Source: a virus (lineage: Duplodnaviria > Caudoviricetes). Taken from it: 64,000 nucleotides of DNA. Below are positions 62,628 through 64,000 of the stretch, piece by piece. The translations under genes were made by a program, and so were the position numbers. The notes beneath the pieces are model-generated. The model searched no databases, was not told where the DNA came from, and was given only the letters and a program-made list of their open reading frames with translations. The number at the start of each line of letters is the position of its first letter. The stretch's first letter is position 1. The stretch lies in the IMG/VR virus record IMGVR_UViG_3300010388_000214, positions 1-64,000 of that record; one strand, 5' to 3'.

Positions 62628-64000
62628 CGAAGTAACTAGAATTCCTATTCCAATTAGAATAGAAGACGGATTTGAGGAAGTAAAGACTCCATCAAACGAC
62701 CCATTCTTTAAGGCATGGGACGAGGTAAAGAACTATAACGGCATTGATGCAAACTTTAAGCGTCGTGCTTCTCGTATCTCTAAGGTAGAAATGTCTGAAG
62801 AGTACATGGACTCTGCTAACGCATATGCAACTGGTAGAGATGACGCAAAGTCAAAGAAGCTCAACCCTGGTGTGGTTTATCGTAATGCTTACGGAATCTT
62901 TGACGTAATCACACCCCCATACGACGTATACCAGCTTGCTGGATACTACGACACATCATTTGCAAACCACGCAGCCATTGACGCAAAGGTTGAAAACACC
63001 GTCGGTCTTGGCTACGACTTTATTGTTTCTGACAGAACCATGATGAAGCTTGAGATGACAGAAGACAAGGAAGCGGTTGGCAGAGCACGTAAGCGTATTG
63101 AGCGTGCAAAGGTTGACCTTCGTAGCTGGCTTGAAAGTCTTAACGAAGATGAAAGCTTTACAGAAACTCTAGAAAAGGTTTACACAGATGTTCACGCAAC
63201 AGGAAACGGCTACATCGAAATCGGCAGAACCGTAAATGGCGAAATTGGTTATGTTGGCCACATCCCAACAACCACAATGCGTGTACGTCGACTACACGAT
63301 GGTTTTGTTCAAATCATTGCAAACAAGGTTGTTTACTTCCGTAATTTTGGGGCAAAGAATCAGAACCCAATCACAACTGATCCACGTCCTAACGAGATTA
63401 TTCACATCAAGGAGTACTCTCCGCTAAACACATTCTATGGTGTACCAGACACAATTGCAGCTATGGCATCCTTGCTTGGTGACGCATTTGCTTCTCAGTA
63501 CAACATTGACTACTTCCAGAACAAGGCCGTGCCACGCTATGTGGTTACCCTAAAGGGTGCATCTCTTTCTACAGAGGCAGAGGACAAGTTGTTCAGATTC
63601 CTTCAGACTGGTCTTAAAGGGCAGAACCACCGCACACTCTACATCCCTCTTCCAGGAGACTCTGACCAGAATAAGGTTGAGTTTAAGATGGAGCCAATTG
63701 AAAACGGTATTCAGGAAGGTTCTTTTAACCAGTACCGCAAGCAGGTAAGAGACGACATCCTCATTGCTCACCAGGTCCCACTATCCAAGCTTGGTGGCGG
63801 AGATAGCTCTAACGTTGCAGCTGCCCTGTCTCAGGATAGAACCTTTAAGGAGCAAGTTGCAAGACCTGCACAGCGTAACCTAGAAAAGGTTTTGAACAAG
63901 ATTGTTCGTGAAAAGACCGATGTTCTAGAGTTTAAGTTTAACGAGCTAACTCTTACAGACGAGACAGCACAGTCTCAGATTCTTGAGCGTTACGTACGCA
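62620..64000 (+). CDS. portal protein (runs off the window)
   Basis: PPYD, GLGY, GNGYIEIGR, EIIH...YGVP, YFQNKAVP, HQVP..KLG. Confidence 0.88.
   Translation, partial: MTNEVTRIPIPIRIEDGFEEVKTPSNDPFFKAWDEVKNYNGIDANFKRRASRISKVEMSEEYMDSANAYATGRDDAKSKKLNPGVVYRNAYGIFDVITPPYDVYQLAGYYDTSFANHAAIDAKVENTVGLGYDFIVSDRTMMKLEMTEDKEAVGRARKRIERAKVDLRSWLESLNEDESFTETLEKVYTDVHATGNGYIEIGRTVNGEIGYVGHIPTTTMRVRRLHDGFVQIIANKVVYFRNFGAKNQNPITTDPRPNEIIHIKEYSPLNTFYGVPDTIAAMASLLGDAFASQYNIDYFQNKAVPRYVVTLKGASLSTEAEDKLFRFLQTGLKGQNHRTLYIPLPGDSDQNKVEFKMEPIENGIQEGSFNQYRKQVRDDILIAHQVPLSKLGGGDSSNVAAALSQDRTFKEQVARPAQRNLEKVLNKIVREKTDVLEFKFNELTLTDETAQSQILERYVR

Overview
A 64-kb segment of a large, low-GC (about 42-44% by eye) tailed dsDNA phage of Actinobacteria. 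The host assignment rests on a WhiB gene, an actinobacterial class Ib nrdIEF operon, a tmRNA tag ending YALAA and frequent leaderless genes. Left to right: RecA, resolvases, exonucleases, terminase, nrdIEF, three tRNAs, WhiB and Hsp20 (+ strand); glycosylation genes, Dps, tmRNA, HNH, tRNA-Arg, GroES, ThyX and NlpC/P60; a non-coding repeat/DnaA-box block (29.1-29.9 kb); about 12 kb of small minus-strand early-type genes built as repeated promoter cassettes (29.9-41.2 kb); a cluster of small non-coding transcription units with tRNA-Trp; lysis genes, many tail-fibre/minor tail genes, and the start of the portal. The most striking signal is non-coding. Eleven early promoters match the actinobacterial PafBC (RecA-independent DNA-damage) promoter TGTC.G-N10-TAnnnT. 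The cassettes are delimited by 12 copies of GGGGGCCGC and carry DnaA boxes, MtrA/GlnR-like GTnAC-N6-GTnAC repeats and WhiA-like GACACGCC boxes. Six covarying small pseudoknot RNAs sit in 3' UTRs. All product calls come from motif recognition only; no database search was run.
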